Below, one piece after another: positions 48,741-57,924 of a stretch of DNA of 64,000 nucleotides. Position numbers and translations under genes: made by a program. The DNA is from Pseudolysinimonas sp. (GTDB lineage: Bacteria > Actinomycetota > Actinomycetes > Actinomycetales > Microbacteriaceae), in assembly GCA_035721225.1 (NCBI GenBank), contig DASTNC010000071.1, positions 821 to 64,820 on the forward strand. The letters are read 5' to 3'. The notes beneath the pieces were generated by a model. That model was not told the origin of the DNA, did not search any database, and saw only the letters and a program-made list of their open reading frames with translations. Within the stretch, counting starts at the first letter, position 1. The number at the start of each line of letters is the position of its first letter.

Positions 48741-49877
48741 CTAGATGCTCAGCTTCAATCCGGCGCGGAGCGGTCTGGTGTGCGGCCCGTTCTCGACCGG
48801 GGAGGTCTCGCCCTGCGGCATCGCGACGAGCGCCGACTCATCGACGGAGATGCCGCTTCCCGGCTGGTTGCCCAGCACGATCCCGCCGTCGGTGATCTCC
48901 TGATCGATCGAGATGCCGAGCGGTGCCGCGAGGTCTTGCACCTCGGTGGAGAGGTGGTTGGGAATGGCGGCGGCGGCGTGCGCGACGGCGCGGCAGCTCG
49001 TGAGCCCGATCGGGCTGACGGGCAGGTTGCGCGCATGCGCCGCGGCCGCCACTCGAAGAAGGTGGGTGATGCCCCACATGCCGCCGACCTGCACGACATC
49101 CACGGAGCCCTGGTCGAACAGGGGAGCGAACTGCTCGAGGCCGGTCAGGTTCTCGCCGGTGGCGACCGCGGCATTGATGGACCGGCTGAGTGCGGCGTGC
49201 CCCGGGGCATCCCATCGCCGCAGCGGCTCTTCGATCCACGTCAGGTCGCGGGACTGCTCGATGCGACTGATGTAGCGAACGGCTTGCTTGAGGTTCCACG
49301 ACTCATTGGCATCGAGCATGAGAGCGGGGCGGGGGGCGTTTGCCTGAAGCTCCGACTCGAGGATCTCGAGTCGCGCCAGGTCGCGATCCACATCGAGGCC
49401 GCCCTTGAGCTTGCCGCTCGAGAATCCGCGCTCGGCCATCGTCCGGTAGAAGGCCGAGAGCTCGTCGTCGGTCAGTGCGATGTCGAGGCCGGAGGCATAT
49501 CCCGGCACGAAGCGGTCTCGAGCCCCGAGCAGGCGCCAGAGCGGCTCGCCGGCGAGCTTCGCCTTGATGTCCCAGAGAGCCATATCGATGACTCCGATCC
49601 CTCCGAAGACATCGCCGTTGTGCCCCGACTTGAAGACGCTCGACAGCATCCGGTCGTAGAGGGCGGTGACCGAGCGGGGATCCTCGCCCTCGATGGCGCG
49701 GAACAGATGATCGACGCCGAAATCGGAGCCGACACCCACCCCCGTGACGCCCTCGTCGGTGTCGATCATGACGATATCGACCTCCGTCAGCCCCGAGGCG
49801 ATGACGCCATTCGCATCTCCGATACGGCGCCGCCAATCGTGAACGGTGTGCAGACAGCGGTAGCCGGTGATCTTCAT
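48741..49877 (-). CDS. Enolase superfamily (MR/MLE-like) protein, probable sugar-acid dehydratase
   Basis: IDMALWDIKAK, KLK, metal ligands in DANE / WIEEP / TGEN. Confidence 0.88.
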   Translation of the reverse strand: MKITGYRCLHTVHDWRRRIGDANGVIASGLTEVDIVMIDTDEGVTGVGVGSDFGVDHLFRAIEGEDPRSVTALYDRMLSSVFKSGHNGDVFGGIGVIDMALWDIKAKLAGEPLWRLLGARDRFVPGYASGLDIALTDDELSAFYRTMAERGFSSGKLKGGLDVDRDLARLEILESELQANAPRPALMLDANESWNLKQAVRYISRIEQSRDLTWIEEPLRRWDAPGHAALSRSINAAVATGENLTGLEQFAPLFDQGSVDVVQVGGMWGITHLLRVAAAAHARNLPVSPIGLTSCRAVAHAAAAIPNHLSTEVQDLAAPLGISIDQEITDGGIVLGNQPGSGISVDESALVAMPQGETSPVENGPHTRPLRAGLKLSI

Positions 49878-49920
49878 GTCATCCTTGCCGGGGCGGGAGG
49901 CGCGGTCCGCGCAGACACAG

Positions 49921-49934
49921 AATACATCACATGT
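49921..49934. promoter_or_regulatory. Probable FadR/GntR operator in a divergent promoter
   Basis: AATACATCACATGT, identical to 44522-44535. Confidence 0.7.
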
Positions 49935-49974
49935 CTCTTGTAATGCGACAGAAGTTTCTGGCATGCTCGGGCAG

Positions 49975-50322
49975 ATGATCGCAGGCTTTCGAACGACTCT
50001 GAGGCGGGATGCTGCGAACGATTACCTTCGGACTCATCAGCGGATTCCGGAATCCGTCGCCGACGTCATGCTCGAGGAGGGGCTCGTCTCGTGGCGCATC
50101 TGGATCGACGGCTCCACGGTCTTCCACATGATCGAGACGCGTGACGGCCTCGAGGAGCTGTTCCGTCGCCTCGCGGCACGCGGGTCCATCGATGCGGAGT
50201 GGGATGCGGTCCTCCACGAGCTGGTGGACGATGATCCCGACTCGAGCGCGATCCTGCCGCTGGTCTGGGGCATGGATCGATCGCGGCAGTGGCACCTGGC
50301 CGACTGCGACCCCGCGTCGTGA
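49975..50322 (+). CDS. L-rhamnose mutarotase-like protein
   Basis: ~115 aa with Y...H..IP, G..SW.I..DG..VF, W; GTGA-coupled to GH78. Confidence 0.7.
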   Translation: MIAGFRTTLRRDAANDYLRTHQRIPESVADVMLEEGLVSWRIWIDGSTVFHMIETRDGLEELFRRLAARGSIDAEWDAVLHELVDDDPDSSAILPLVWGMDRSRQWHLADCDPAS

Positions 50323-52601
50323 GCGACCCATCGGCGCAGTTCATCACCCCGGAGGTGGAGCCCGACAGCGCCCCGCTCTTCCGGCGTGACATCGAACTCG
50401 ATCAGGGCCACGGCCCCCTGGTATCGGCGAGCCTCACCCTCAGCGCCCTCGGGATCGCCGAGGCGTGGATCAATGGCATCGCCGTCAGCCCCGATCTGCT
50501 GGCGCCGGGCTGGACGAGTTACGAGTGGCGGCTGCACTGCGTCGTTCACGACGTGACGGAGTTGATGGCGCAGCACTCGACGATCGGCATCGCCGTCGGC
50601 AACGGCTGGTATCGGGGGCGTCTCGGGTGGGTTCCGACGCGGCGCTACGGCGACCGGCTCGCCGCCTTCGCGGAGCTCCGTCTGGTCTTCGCCGACGCGC
50701 ATGTGCAGGTGGTCGTGACCGACGAGACCTGGCAGGCCGGCCCCAGCGCCATCACCGCCGACGATTTCTATGACGGCCAGAGCATCGACGCGCGCCGAGT
50801 CGACGACGCCTGGAAGCATCCCGGCTACCAGAGCGCCCTCTGGAGCGCTGTGCGGCCGGTCGACTACGACGGGGAGCTCACGCCTGACCCCGTCGCGCCG
50901 GTCCGTCGCATCGTCGAGCTCGCACCTCAGCGGGTGTGGCGCAGCGAGTCGGGGTCGATCATGCTCGACTTCGGCCAGAACATCGTGGGCTTTCTGCGTC
51001 TGACGGTGCGCGGCGAGCGCGGTGCCGTCGTGACTGCACGGCATGCCGAGGTGCTGGATCAGGGCAGCCTCGCGACACGACCGTTGCGCACGGCCGAAGC
51101 CACCGACCGCTTCACGCTCAGCGGCAGCGACGACACCTTCGAGCCCACCTTCACCTTTCACGGCTTCCGCTACGCCGAGTTGGAGGGCTGGCCCGGTGAG
51201 CCGGGCGACGTCGAGCGTGCGGTGCGCGCCATCGTCATCAGCACCGACCTCCAGCGCACCGGATTCTTCGAGTGCTCCGTCGACGAACTGAACCAGTTGC
51301 ATGACAACGTCGTCCGCGGGATGCAGGGCAACTTCATCGACCTGCCGACCGACTGCCCGCAGCGCGACGAGCGACTGGGGTGGACGGGCGACATCTCGGC
51401 CTTCGCCCCGACGGCGGCCTTCCTGTTCGACGTCCGGGGCTTCCTCTCGGATTGGCTGGTCGACCTGGGGCTCGAGCAGTCGCATCACGATGGCGTCGTG
51501 CCGTACGTGGTGCCCGACATCCTCAAGTACGCGGAGGATCCGCCGCTGGGCGCAGGTTCACCCGAAGCCGTTGCGTTCTGGAGCGACGCCTCGGTGTGGG
51601 TGCCCTGGGCCCTGTGGGAGGCGTACGGCGACCCGGAGGTGCTCCGGGCGGCGTGGGACTCGATGGTGGCCCACGGGCGGCGGGTGCGCTCGCTCCTGTC
51701 GCCATCGGGCGTTTGGGATGCCGGGTTCCAGCTCGGCGACTGGCTTGATCCCGATGCGCCCCCCGAGCGCCCCGGCGCCGCGAAAGCCGATCCCGGAGTG
51801 GTGGCGACGGCCTGCGCCTACCGCTCTGCGCGGCGGATCAGCGCCGCGGCCGCCGTTCTGGGGCGCACCGCCGAGCAGGCGGAATTCGCGCGGATGTCGG
51901 ACGCCCTGCGCGCGTCGTTCCAGCGGGAGTACGTGCACGGCAGCCGCATCCACAGCGATTGCACGACCGTCTACTCGCTGGCCATCGTCTTCGGGCTGCT
52001 CGACCCGGAGCAGACCGAATGGGCCGGTGCGCGGCTCGCCGAACTCGTCGCCGACAGCGGGTATCGCATCTCGACCGGGTTCGCCGGCACGCCCTTCATC
52101 ACCGATGCGCTGACGATCACCGGGCACGTCGACATCGCCTACCGTCTGCTGTTGCAACGGGAGTGCCCCTCGTGGCTCTACCCGATCACGAGGGGGGCCA
52201 CGACCATCTGGGAGCGCTGGGATTCCCTGCTTCCCGATGGCCGCATCAATCCGGGTGGCATGACCAGCTTCAATCACTACGCGCTGGGCGCGGTCGCCGA
52301 CTGGCTTCACCGCTGCATCGGCGGGCTGGCGCCGCTGGAGCCCGGCTATCGCCGGATCCGGATTGCGCCCCAGATCGGCGACGGCATCGAGTGGTCGACC
52401 ACGCGCCTGATGACGCCCTTCGGCCTGGCCATGGTGCGGTGGGAGAAGCAGGGCGCCGTCGTCCGCCTTCGGGCAACCGTCCCCGAAGGCGCGTCGGCGG
52501 TCGTCGTCTGGCCCGGCAGCCCCGACGTCGAACTGGGTTCGGGGTCACACGAGCTGCTGCTGCCGAGCGGCGGCGGCCTCAGCGCCGGGGCAGATCGGTG
52601 A
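50319..52601 (+). CDS. GH78 alpha-L-rhamnosidase-like glycosidase
   Basis: LAPGWTSY, DFGQNIVG, FTFHGFRY, PTDCPQRDERLGWTGD, ATTIWERW, MTSFNHYALG. Confidence 0.93.
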   Translation: MSDPSAQFITPEVEPDSAPLFRRDIELDQGHGPLVSASLTLSALGIAEAWINGIAVSPDLLAPGWTSYEWRLHCVVHDVTELMAQHSTIGIAVGNGWYRGRLGWVPTRRYGDRLAAFAELRLVFADAHVQVVVTDETWQAGPSAITADDFYDGQSIDARRVDDAWKHPGYQSALWSAVRPVDYDGELTPDPVAPVRRIVELAPQRVWRSESGSIMLDFGQNIVGFLRLTVRGERGAVVTARHAEVLDQGSLATRPLRTAEATDRFTLSGSDDTFEPTFTFHGFRYAELEGWPGEPGDVERAVRAIVISTDLQRTGFFECSVDELNQLHDNVVRGMQGNFIDLPTDCPQRDERLGWTGDISAFAPTAAFLFDVRGFLSDWLVDLGLEQSHHDGVVPYVVPDILKYAEDPPLGAGSPEAVAFWSDASVWVPWALWEAYGDPEVLRAAWDSMVAHGRRVRSLLSPSGVWDAGFQLGDWLDPDAPPERPGAAKADPGVVATACAYRSARRISAAAAVLGRTAEQAEFARMSDALRASFQREYVHGSRIHSDCTTVYSLAIVFGLLDPEQTEWAGARLAELVADSGYRISTGFAGTPFITDALTITGHVDIAYRLLLQRECPSWLYPITRGATTIWERWDSLLPDGRINPGGMTSFNHYALGAVADWLHRCIGGLAPLEPGYRRIRIAPQIGDGIEWSTTRLMTPFGLAMVRWEKQGAVVRLRATVPEGASAVVVWPGSPDVELGSGSHELLLPSGGGLSAGADR

Positions 52602-53673
52602 GCGGCACGGCGGCCGGCCGGGCCACGGTGCTGGCCACCTCGATCGTCGTGCCCTGAGCCACCGCGGTGAGGATCGACTCCATGACGTCGAGCACGTGGA
52701 AGCCGAGTGCACCGCCCGCCCGCGGCTCGGAGCCGGGGGCCGTGCGTGCGAGGTCGGCCAGACCGATGCCTCGGCCGCCGTTGGTGTAGCCCGCGCTCGG
52801 CGCCAGCGTGCTCCACTCGTCATCGCCGAGCCGCAGCAGGTCGACGTCGCCGACGAAGAAGTTGGGGTCGGGCACCGCAAGAGTGCCGCGCTCGCCGTGC
52901 ACCTCGATGTTGGCCGAGCGGGTGCCGACCGCGTCGAATGACACGATCAGGGTGCTGATTGCTCCGCCGGCATGGCGAAGCAATGCCGTGGCGTGCGAGT
53001 CGACGTTGACGGGCACCACCGTGCCCGCGCGCTCGCCGGTGGCGATCGTGCGAGTGCTGCGCATCCTGCTGGCCATGCCGGTCACCGCCGTGATGGGCCC
53101 GAGGAGCGTGATGAGCGCCGACAGGTAATACGGACCCATGTCGAACAGGGGCCCGCCCCCCGGCTGGTAGTAGAAATCGGGCGCCGGATGCCAGCGCTCG
53201 TGACCGGGCGTCACCATGGTGGCGCTGGCCGCGATGGGCGTCCCGATGATGCCGTCATCGATCGCCTTGCGGGCCGTCTGGATGCCCGTGCCGAGCACGG
53301 TGTCGGGCGCGCAGCCGATGGGCAGCCCGGCCGCGGCGGCGGCGTCGAGGATGCGTCGTCCGTCGACGGTGTTCGTGGCGAGGGGCTTCTCGCCGTAGAC
53401 GCCCCGCCCCGCCGCGAGGGCGGCGAGGGCCAGGTCCGCGTGCTCGGCCGGCGTCGTGAGGTTGAGCACCACATCGATGTCGTCACGCGCCAGCAGCTGA
53501 TCGGTGGGCAGCGCGACGACACCCGGCCGCTCTGCGGCCGCTCGTTCGGCGCGCTGGGGGTCCAGGTCGCTCACCGCCACCAGCTGCACCTCGGCGAGCG
53601 AATCGATGTTCGTCAGGTACTGCCCCGAGATCGTGCCGATCCCGACGATTCCAACAGTCAACGGCTTGCCCAC
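52579..53673 (-). CDS. Gfo/Idh/MocA family oxidoreductase
   Basis: GIVGIG, YGEKPL, CAPDTVLG, GHERWHP.PDFYY..GGGPLFDMGPYY. Confidence 0.92.
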   Translation of the reverse strand: MGKPLTVGIVGIGTISGQYLTNIDSLAEVQLVAVSDLDPQRAERAAAERPGVVALPTDQLLARDDIDVVLNLTTPAEHADLALAALAAGRGVYGEKPLATNTVDGRRILDAAAAAGLPIGCAPDTVLGTGIQTARKAIDDGIIGTPIAASATMVTPGHERWHPAPDFYYQPGGGPLFDMGPYYLSALITLLGPITAVTGMASRMRSTRTIATGERAGTVVPVNVDSHATALLRHAGGAISTLIVSFDAVGTRSANIEVHGERGTLAVPDPNFFVGDVDLLRLGDDEWSTLAPSAGYTNGGRGIGLADLARTAPGSEPRAGGALGFHVLDVMESILTAVAQGTTIEVASTVARPAAVPLTDLPRR

Positions 53674-54347
53674 AGCAGGCCCCTTTCAATGATGGTGCGA
53701 ACGTTCGGATTGTCGAGCACCTCGATCCGATGGCCGGCGGTGCAGACGAAGATGCGGCCGTCTCCCCATTGGCGGGTCCAGACCGACGGGCTGACGACCG
53801 GCCTCCTCCAGGCGTCGAAGGGCCGCGCGGCGACCGTGGTGGTCGCGAGCACGTCGTTGTACGAGTCGCTGAGCACCCAGTACTGCTCGGTGGTGAGCTC
53901 GAAGTCGTCGATGCCCGCGACGATCGGGTGCTCGCGCTTGTCCGGCGCGATGTTGATCGTGTAGGTCAGGTAGTTGTCCGACTGCTGGCCGATGCGCTTC
54001 TCGGGCTCGATGCCGGCGTGATGGGCGAACTGTCCGCCGACCATGTGCAGGTAGTCGGAACTGTTGCGGTAGGAGTCGGCGATGCCGCCGTGCCAGCCCG
54101 CCATCCCCGTGCCGTTGCGCACGGCCGCGATCAGCCCGGCAAGGTGGGCGGGATCGATCGTGTTCATGGTGTTGGCCTGCATCACGAGGTCGACCGTGGC
54201 CATGTACTTGGCGTCGGCGTACACCTCGGTGGACTCCTCGACGCGGATCGCATACCCGTGGCGGGTGAGGTGCGGAATGAAGCGCTCGGTGGCTTCTTTC
54301 GGCTGGTGGCCGTCCCATCCGCCGCGGACGACGAGAGCGGTCTTCAT
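53658..54347 (-). CDS. ThuA-like domain protein
   Basis: ALVVRGGWDGHQP, GWHGGIADSYR, GGQFA.H, EQYW, WGDGRIF...GH. Confidence 0.85.
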   Translation of the reverse strand: MKTALVVRGGWDGHQPKEATERFIPHLTRHGYAIRVEESTEVYADAKYMATVDLVMQANTMNTIDPAHLAGLIAAVRNGTGMAGWHGGIADSYRNSSDYLHMVGGQFAHHAGIEPEKRIGQQSDNYLTYTINIAPDKREHPIVAGIDDFELTTEQYWVLSDSYNDVLATTTVAARPFDAWRRPVVSPSVWTRQWGDGRIFVCTAGHRIEVLDNPNVRTIIERGLLWASR

Positions 54348-54457
54348 GAGGCCGCCGTGGCTGACTGGCGCTGGTGCATGATCGGGACGTCCTTCTGGCT
54401 CGGTTGTGGTCAGACTAGGAGTACGGGCGCGGGCTGCACCCCCGGGTCGGCCGGCTT

Positions 54458-54471
54458 GGAAATGTTTTCGG
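54458..54471. promoter_or_regulatory. Possible LacI operator upstream of the ThuA gene
   Basis: GGAAATGTTTTCGG; a related site TCGGGAAAGGTTTCCGA lies at 55557-55573, upstream of the LacI gene. Confidence 0.5.
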
Positions 54472-54494
54472 AACGAGGGCACTCCTCTCACCCC

Positions 54495-55535
54495 CTAACC
54501 GACGGGCGGCGGGGCGGTACTGCCGCGCTCGACGAGGGCCACATCCAGGGTGAGGCGCGACACCGCGAGGGGGCGCCCTGCGATCAGGGTGAACAGCATC
54601 CTGGCGCCCTGCTCGGCCATCTGCACGACCGGTTGCCGCACCGTCGTGAGGGGCGGCGCCAGCCACTCGGCGGTCGGGATGTCGTCGTAGCCCACGATCG
54701 AGATGTCGTCGGGAACGCGCAGGCCGAGCTGTCGAGCTGCTTCGTACAGTCCCACCGCCTGAAGGTCGGTGCTGGCGACGATCGCGGTCGGACGCGGGGT
54801 CATCGAGAGCAGACGCAGTCCGGCCGAGATGCCGTCCTCTCGCCCTGAGCTGGTCGAGATGATCAGAGCAGGGTCGATCTCGACTCCGGTTTCTTCCAGC
54901 GCCGCTCGGTAGCCCGAGAGTCGCGCGCGGGCGAACAGCAACGAGGTCGGCATCGTGACGGCGGCGATGCGACGGTGCCCGAGCCCGATGAGATGGCGCG
55001 TCGCGATCCATCCGCCCTCCCAGTTGGCCGACGCGACGGCGGGGGAGTCATCATCGGGCAGTGCTGCAGGGTCGACGATCACAAAAGGCACTCTGCGCAC
55101 CTGCAACTGCCGCTTCGCCTCCGCAGAAAGCTGCGAGAGCGCAAGGATGATGCCGCGCGGGTGGCGCTGAATGACGCCGCCGATCCAGTCCTCACCGGGG
55201 TCGCGTCGTGCGCGTTCGGTCAGGATGATCGCCGTGCGGTGTTCGAGAGCCACCGCCTGAACGCCGCGAAAGACGTCGAGCGACCACTGACTGCTCATCC
55301 GATCGACGACGAGTTCGATGAGCGAGCCGGGTGCTGCGTCGCCTCCCCTTCTGCTGTAGCCCAGCTGGTGGAGGCTGGACTCGACGCGGGCCCGCAGGTC
55401 CGCGGCCACCCCCGGTCGGCCGTTCAGCACTTTCGAGACGGTCGACTCCGCGACCGAGGCATGCCGGGCGACGTCGGCAAGGGTCGCGCGCGGGGGCTGG
55501 TCGGCGGGCTGGGCACGCTCCGGGGCGCCCGTCAC
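54495..55535 (-). CDS. LacI family transcriptional regulator (start estimated at GTG 55535)
   Basis: TLADVARHASVAESTVSKVLNG, GHRRIA, VPDDISIVGYDD, PPLTTVRQP. Confidence 0.92.
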   Translation of the reverse strand: MTGAPERAQPADQPPRATLADVARHASVAESTVSKVLNGRPGVAADLRARVESSLHQLGYSRRGGDAAPGSLIELVVDRMSSQWSLDVFRGVQAVALEHRTAIILTERARRDPGEDWIGGVIQRHPRGIILALSQLSAEAKRQLQVRRVPFVIVDPAALPDDDSPAVASANWEGGWIATRHLIGLGHRRIAAVTMPTSLLFARARLSGYRAALEETGVEIDPALIISTSSGREDGISAGLRLLSMTPRPTAIVASTDLQAVGLYEAARQLGLRVPDDISIVGYDDIPTAEWLAPPLTTVRQPVVQMAEQGARMLFTLIAGRPLAVSRLTLDVALVERGSTAPPPVG

Positions 55536-55758
55536 GGTCGCGGGACCTCGAGAGCATCGGGAAAGGTTTCCGACCGGAGGCCGCTCGGTGGGCGATCCCT
55601 CGCCCACGTCAGAACCCACGGGTCGGCTGTCCCCAGCGTCCGTGACATCTGCCCATGATAAGATAAGACGTCTCATATCTTGAATGTCCGGGCCGCAGAG
55701 ACCGGATCCGTCGACCGCCTCGCGGGGCGAGCTGTCGCGACGAGAAGGGCTGGCGCCC

Positions 55759-56583
55759 ATGACACGGCTGATCGACAGCCATGTGCACGTGTGGGACCCC
55801 GCGGTCAACCATTACGACTGGTTGAGCGGCGAGCTCGCCCGGTCGTACCTGCCCGACGAATACCGCGCGGGTGCGCCCCAGGCCACAGGCGCGATCTGTG
55901 TCGAGGCGGGCGCGGGAGACGGCCTTGCCGAGGCGCGCTGGGTTGCGTCGTTGCTCTGGCCAGAGCTCCTGGGCTTCGTCGCCCATGCACCCCTCGAGCG
56001 CGGCGTCGCCGTGGCGGATCCTCTCGATCGGCTGCAGGAGTCCGGCGGGGTCGTCGGCATCCGGCGCATGCTGCAGGATCAGCCGCTCGCCTTCTTCGAC
56101 GACCCCGGCCTGCTCGCCGGGTTGCGCGTGCTCGCGACCCGCGGGCTGCCCTTCGACGCCTGCGTGCGGCACGCTCAGCTGCCCGCTCTGACCTCGCTGC
56201 TCGCGCAGGTCCCCGACCTTCCGGTCGTGCTCGATCATCTCGGCAAGCCGCCGGTCGCCCACGGCGACGACGGCACCTGGGCGCGCAACGTGCGCGCGCT
56301 CGCGACGCTGCCGCAGGTGCGCATCAAACTCTCGGGCATTGCGCCTGAGGGGTCTGCCGACCGTGCGATCCGAGAGCAGGCAAGGAGTTGGCTGGTCGCC
56401 GCGGTGGAGGTCTTCGGCCCGGAGCGCTGCATGCTGGGCAGCGATTGGCCGGTGTCGGCCGGTGGTCCGTCGCGCGAAGCCGCCGGCGCGTGGCTGGAGC
56501 ACGTGGTGAGCGATGTGGGAGCGAGCGACAGCGACCGGGACTGGCTGATGTGGCGGACGGCATCCACCTTCTACGGCGTCTGA
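55759..56583 (+). CDS. Amidohydrolase-2 family sugar lactonase (L-fucono/L-rhamnono-lactonase-like)
   Basis: IDSHVHVWD, GIRR..Q, VLDHLGKP, KLSG, FGPERCMLGSDWPV. Confidence 0.88.
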   Translation: MTRLIDSHVHVWDPAVNHYDWLSGELARSYLPDEYRAGAPQATGAICVEAGAGDGLAEARWVASLLWPELLGFVAHAPLERGVAVADPLDRLQESGGVVGIRRMLQDQPLAFFDDPGLLAGLRVLATRGLPFDACVRHAQLPALTSLLAQVPDLPVVLDHLGKPPVAHGDDGTWARNVRALATLPQVRIKLSGIAPEGSADRAIREQARSWLVAAVEVFGPERCMLGSDWPVSAGGPSREAAGAWLEHVVSDVGASDSDRDWLMWRTASTFYGV

Positions 56584-56594
56584 GCACGGGACGC

Positions 56595-56638
56595 GCTAGA
56601 ACGCCGAGAGGCCCGTCAGTTCGCGTCCGAGCACGAGC
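56595..56638 (+). repeat. 44-bp direct repeat, right copy (forms the 3' end of the acyl-CoA dehydrogenase gene)
   Basis: Identical to 44432-44475; encodes LVLGRELTGLSAF* on the minus strand. Confidence 0.95.
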
Positions 56639-57792
56639 TGGTGGATTTCGTCTGTCCCCTCGTAGGTGCGCACCGATTCGAGGTTGGCCAGGTGGCGCAT
56701 CACCGGGAACTCGCTCGTGATCCCGTCTCCGCCCAGGATCGCCCGCGCCTGCTGCGCGATCTTCAGCGCTTCCCGCACGTTGTTGAGCTTGCCGACGCTG
56801 ATCTGCGCGGGAGTGAGCGCGTCGCGCTCCTTCAGGCGGCCCAGGTGCAGCGCGAGCAGCAGGCCCTTCTCGTATTCGACGAACATGTCGGCGAGATGGC
56901 CCTGGATGAGCTGCCGGCTTCCGATCGGATGCCCGAAGACCTCGCGGCTGCGGGCGCGGCCGATCGCGGCCTCGAGGCAGCTGCGCGCGGCGCCCATCGC
57001 GCCCCAGACGATTCCGAACCGCGCCTCGTTGAGGCAGGCGAACGGCCCGGAGAGCCCGCGGGCGCGCGGAAGCAGGGCGGAATCCGGAACCCGCACACCC
57101 TCCAGCACCACGTCGCACTGGATGGAGGCGCGCATCGAGAGCTTTCCGGCGATCGGCGTCGCCGCGAAACCGGGCGTCGAGGTGGGCACCAGGAATCCGC
57201 GCACCGTGCCGTCGGCCGCATCCTTCGCCCAGACGACCGCGACATCGGCGACGCTGGCAAGGCCGATCCAGCGCTTGCTGCCGTCGAGGATCCAGTCGTC
57301 GCCGTCGCGTCGTGCGGTCGTCTGCATGGCGGCCGGGTCGCTGCCGCCGCTCGGCTCGGTGAGGCAGAAGCATCCGATCGCCTCGCCGCGGGCCAGGCGC
57401 GGCAGCCACTCGGCCTTCTGCTCCTCGGAGCCGTGCCGGTGGATCGCCGTCATCGCCAACGAGCCCTGCACCGAGACGAAGGTGCGCCAGCTGCTGTCGG
57501 CCGCCTCGAGTTCGAGGCAGACCAGGCCGTAGGCGACGGGACCGGCTCCCGCGCAGCCGTAGCCGGTGAGCTGCATGCCGAGGAAGCCGGCGGCCCCGAG
57601 TGCGCCGACCAGCTCGCGCCGGAAGAAGGCGTTCTCGACGTCGTCGTCGATCACCGGAAGGATGCGCTCGGTCGCGAACGCGCGCGCCGCACGCTGCCAG
57701 GCGCGCTCCTCGTCGGTGATCAGCTCATCGAGGGGGAACAGCGCGTCGACACGGGGTTCGCCATCGGGTGCGTCGTCGTCGTTCGTGCTCAT
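56596..57792 (-). CDS. Acyl-CoA dehydrogenase, glutaryl-CoA dehydrogenase-like
   Basis: SVQGSL.M, CF.LTEP..GSDP, K.SMRAS, LGGDGI, NLESV.TYEGT. Confidence 0.9.
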   Translation of the reverse strand: MSTNDDDAPDGEPRVDALFPLDELITDEERAWQRAARAFATERILPVIDDDVENAFFRRELVGALGAAGFLGMQLTGYGCAGAGPVAYGLVCLELEAADSSWRTFVSVQGSLAMTAIHRHGSEEQKAEWLPRLARGEAIGCFCLTEPSGGSDPAAMQTTARRDGDDWILDGSKRWIGLASVADVAVVWAKDAADGTVRGFLVPTSTPGFAATPIAGKLSMRASIQCDVVLEGVRVPDSALLPRARGLSGPFACLNEARFGIVWGAMGAARSCLEAAIGRARSREVFGHPIGSRQLIQGHLADMFVEYEKGLLLALHLGRLKERDALTPAQISVGKLNNVREALKIAQQARAILGGDGITSEFPVMRHLANLESVRTYEGTDEIHQLVLGRELTGLSAF

Positions 57793-57924
57793 GACTGCCT
57801 TCCGCCTGGGTGATCACACGATCTCACACCCGCCGGCGCCTTCGGATGCCCCGCTGTTGTCGACGGCGGGCTTCCTGCAAGATGGAGAGGCGCGGGCGCC
57901 GACGGCCGCGCCGAGAGGGTCACC

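Larger units (their letters stand above)
44476..56594. mobile_element. 12.1-kb inserted catabolic cassette bounded by 44-bp direct repeats
   Basis: Perfect flanking repeat derived from a gene 3' end; no integrase or transposase inside. Confidence 0.7.
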
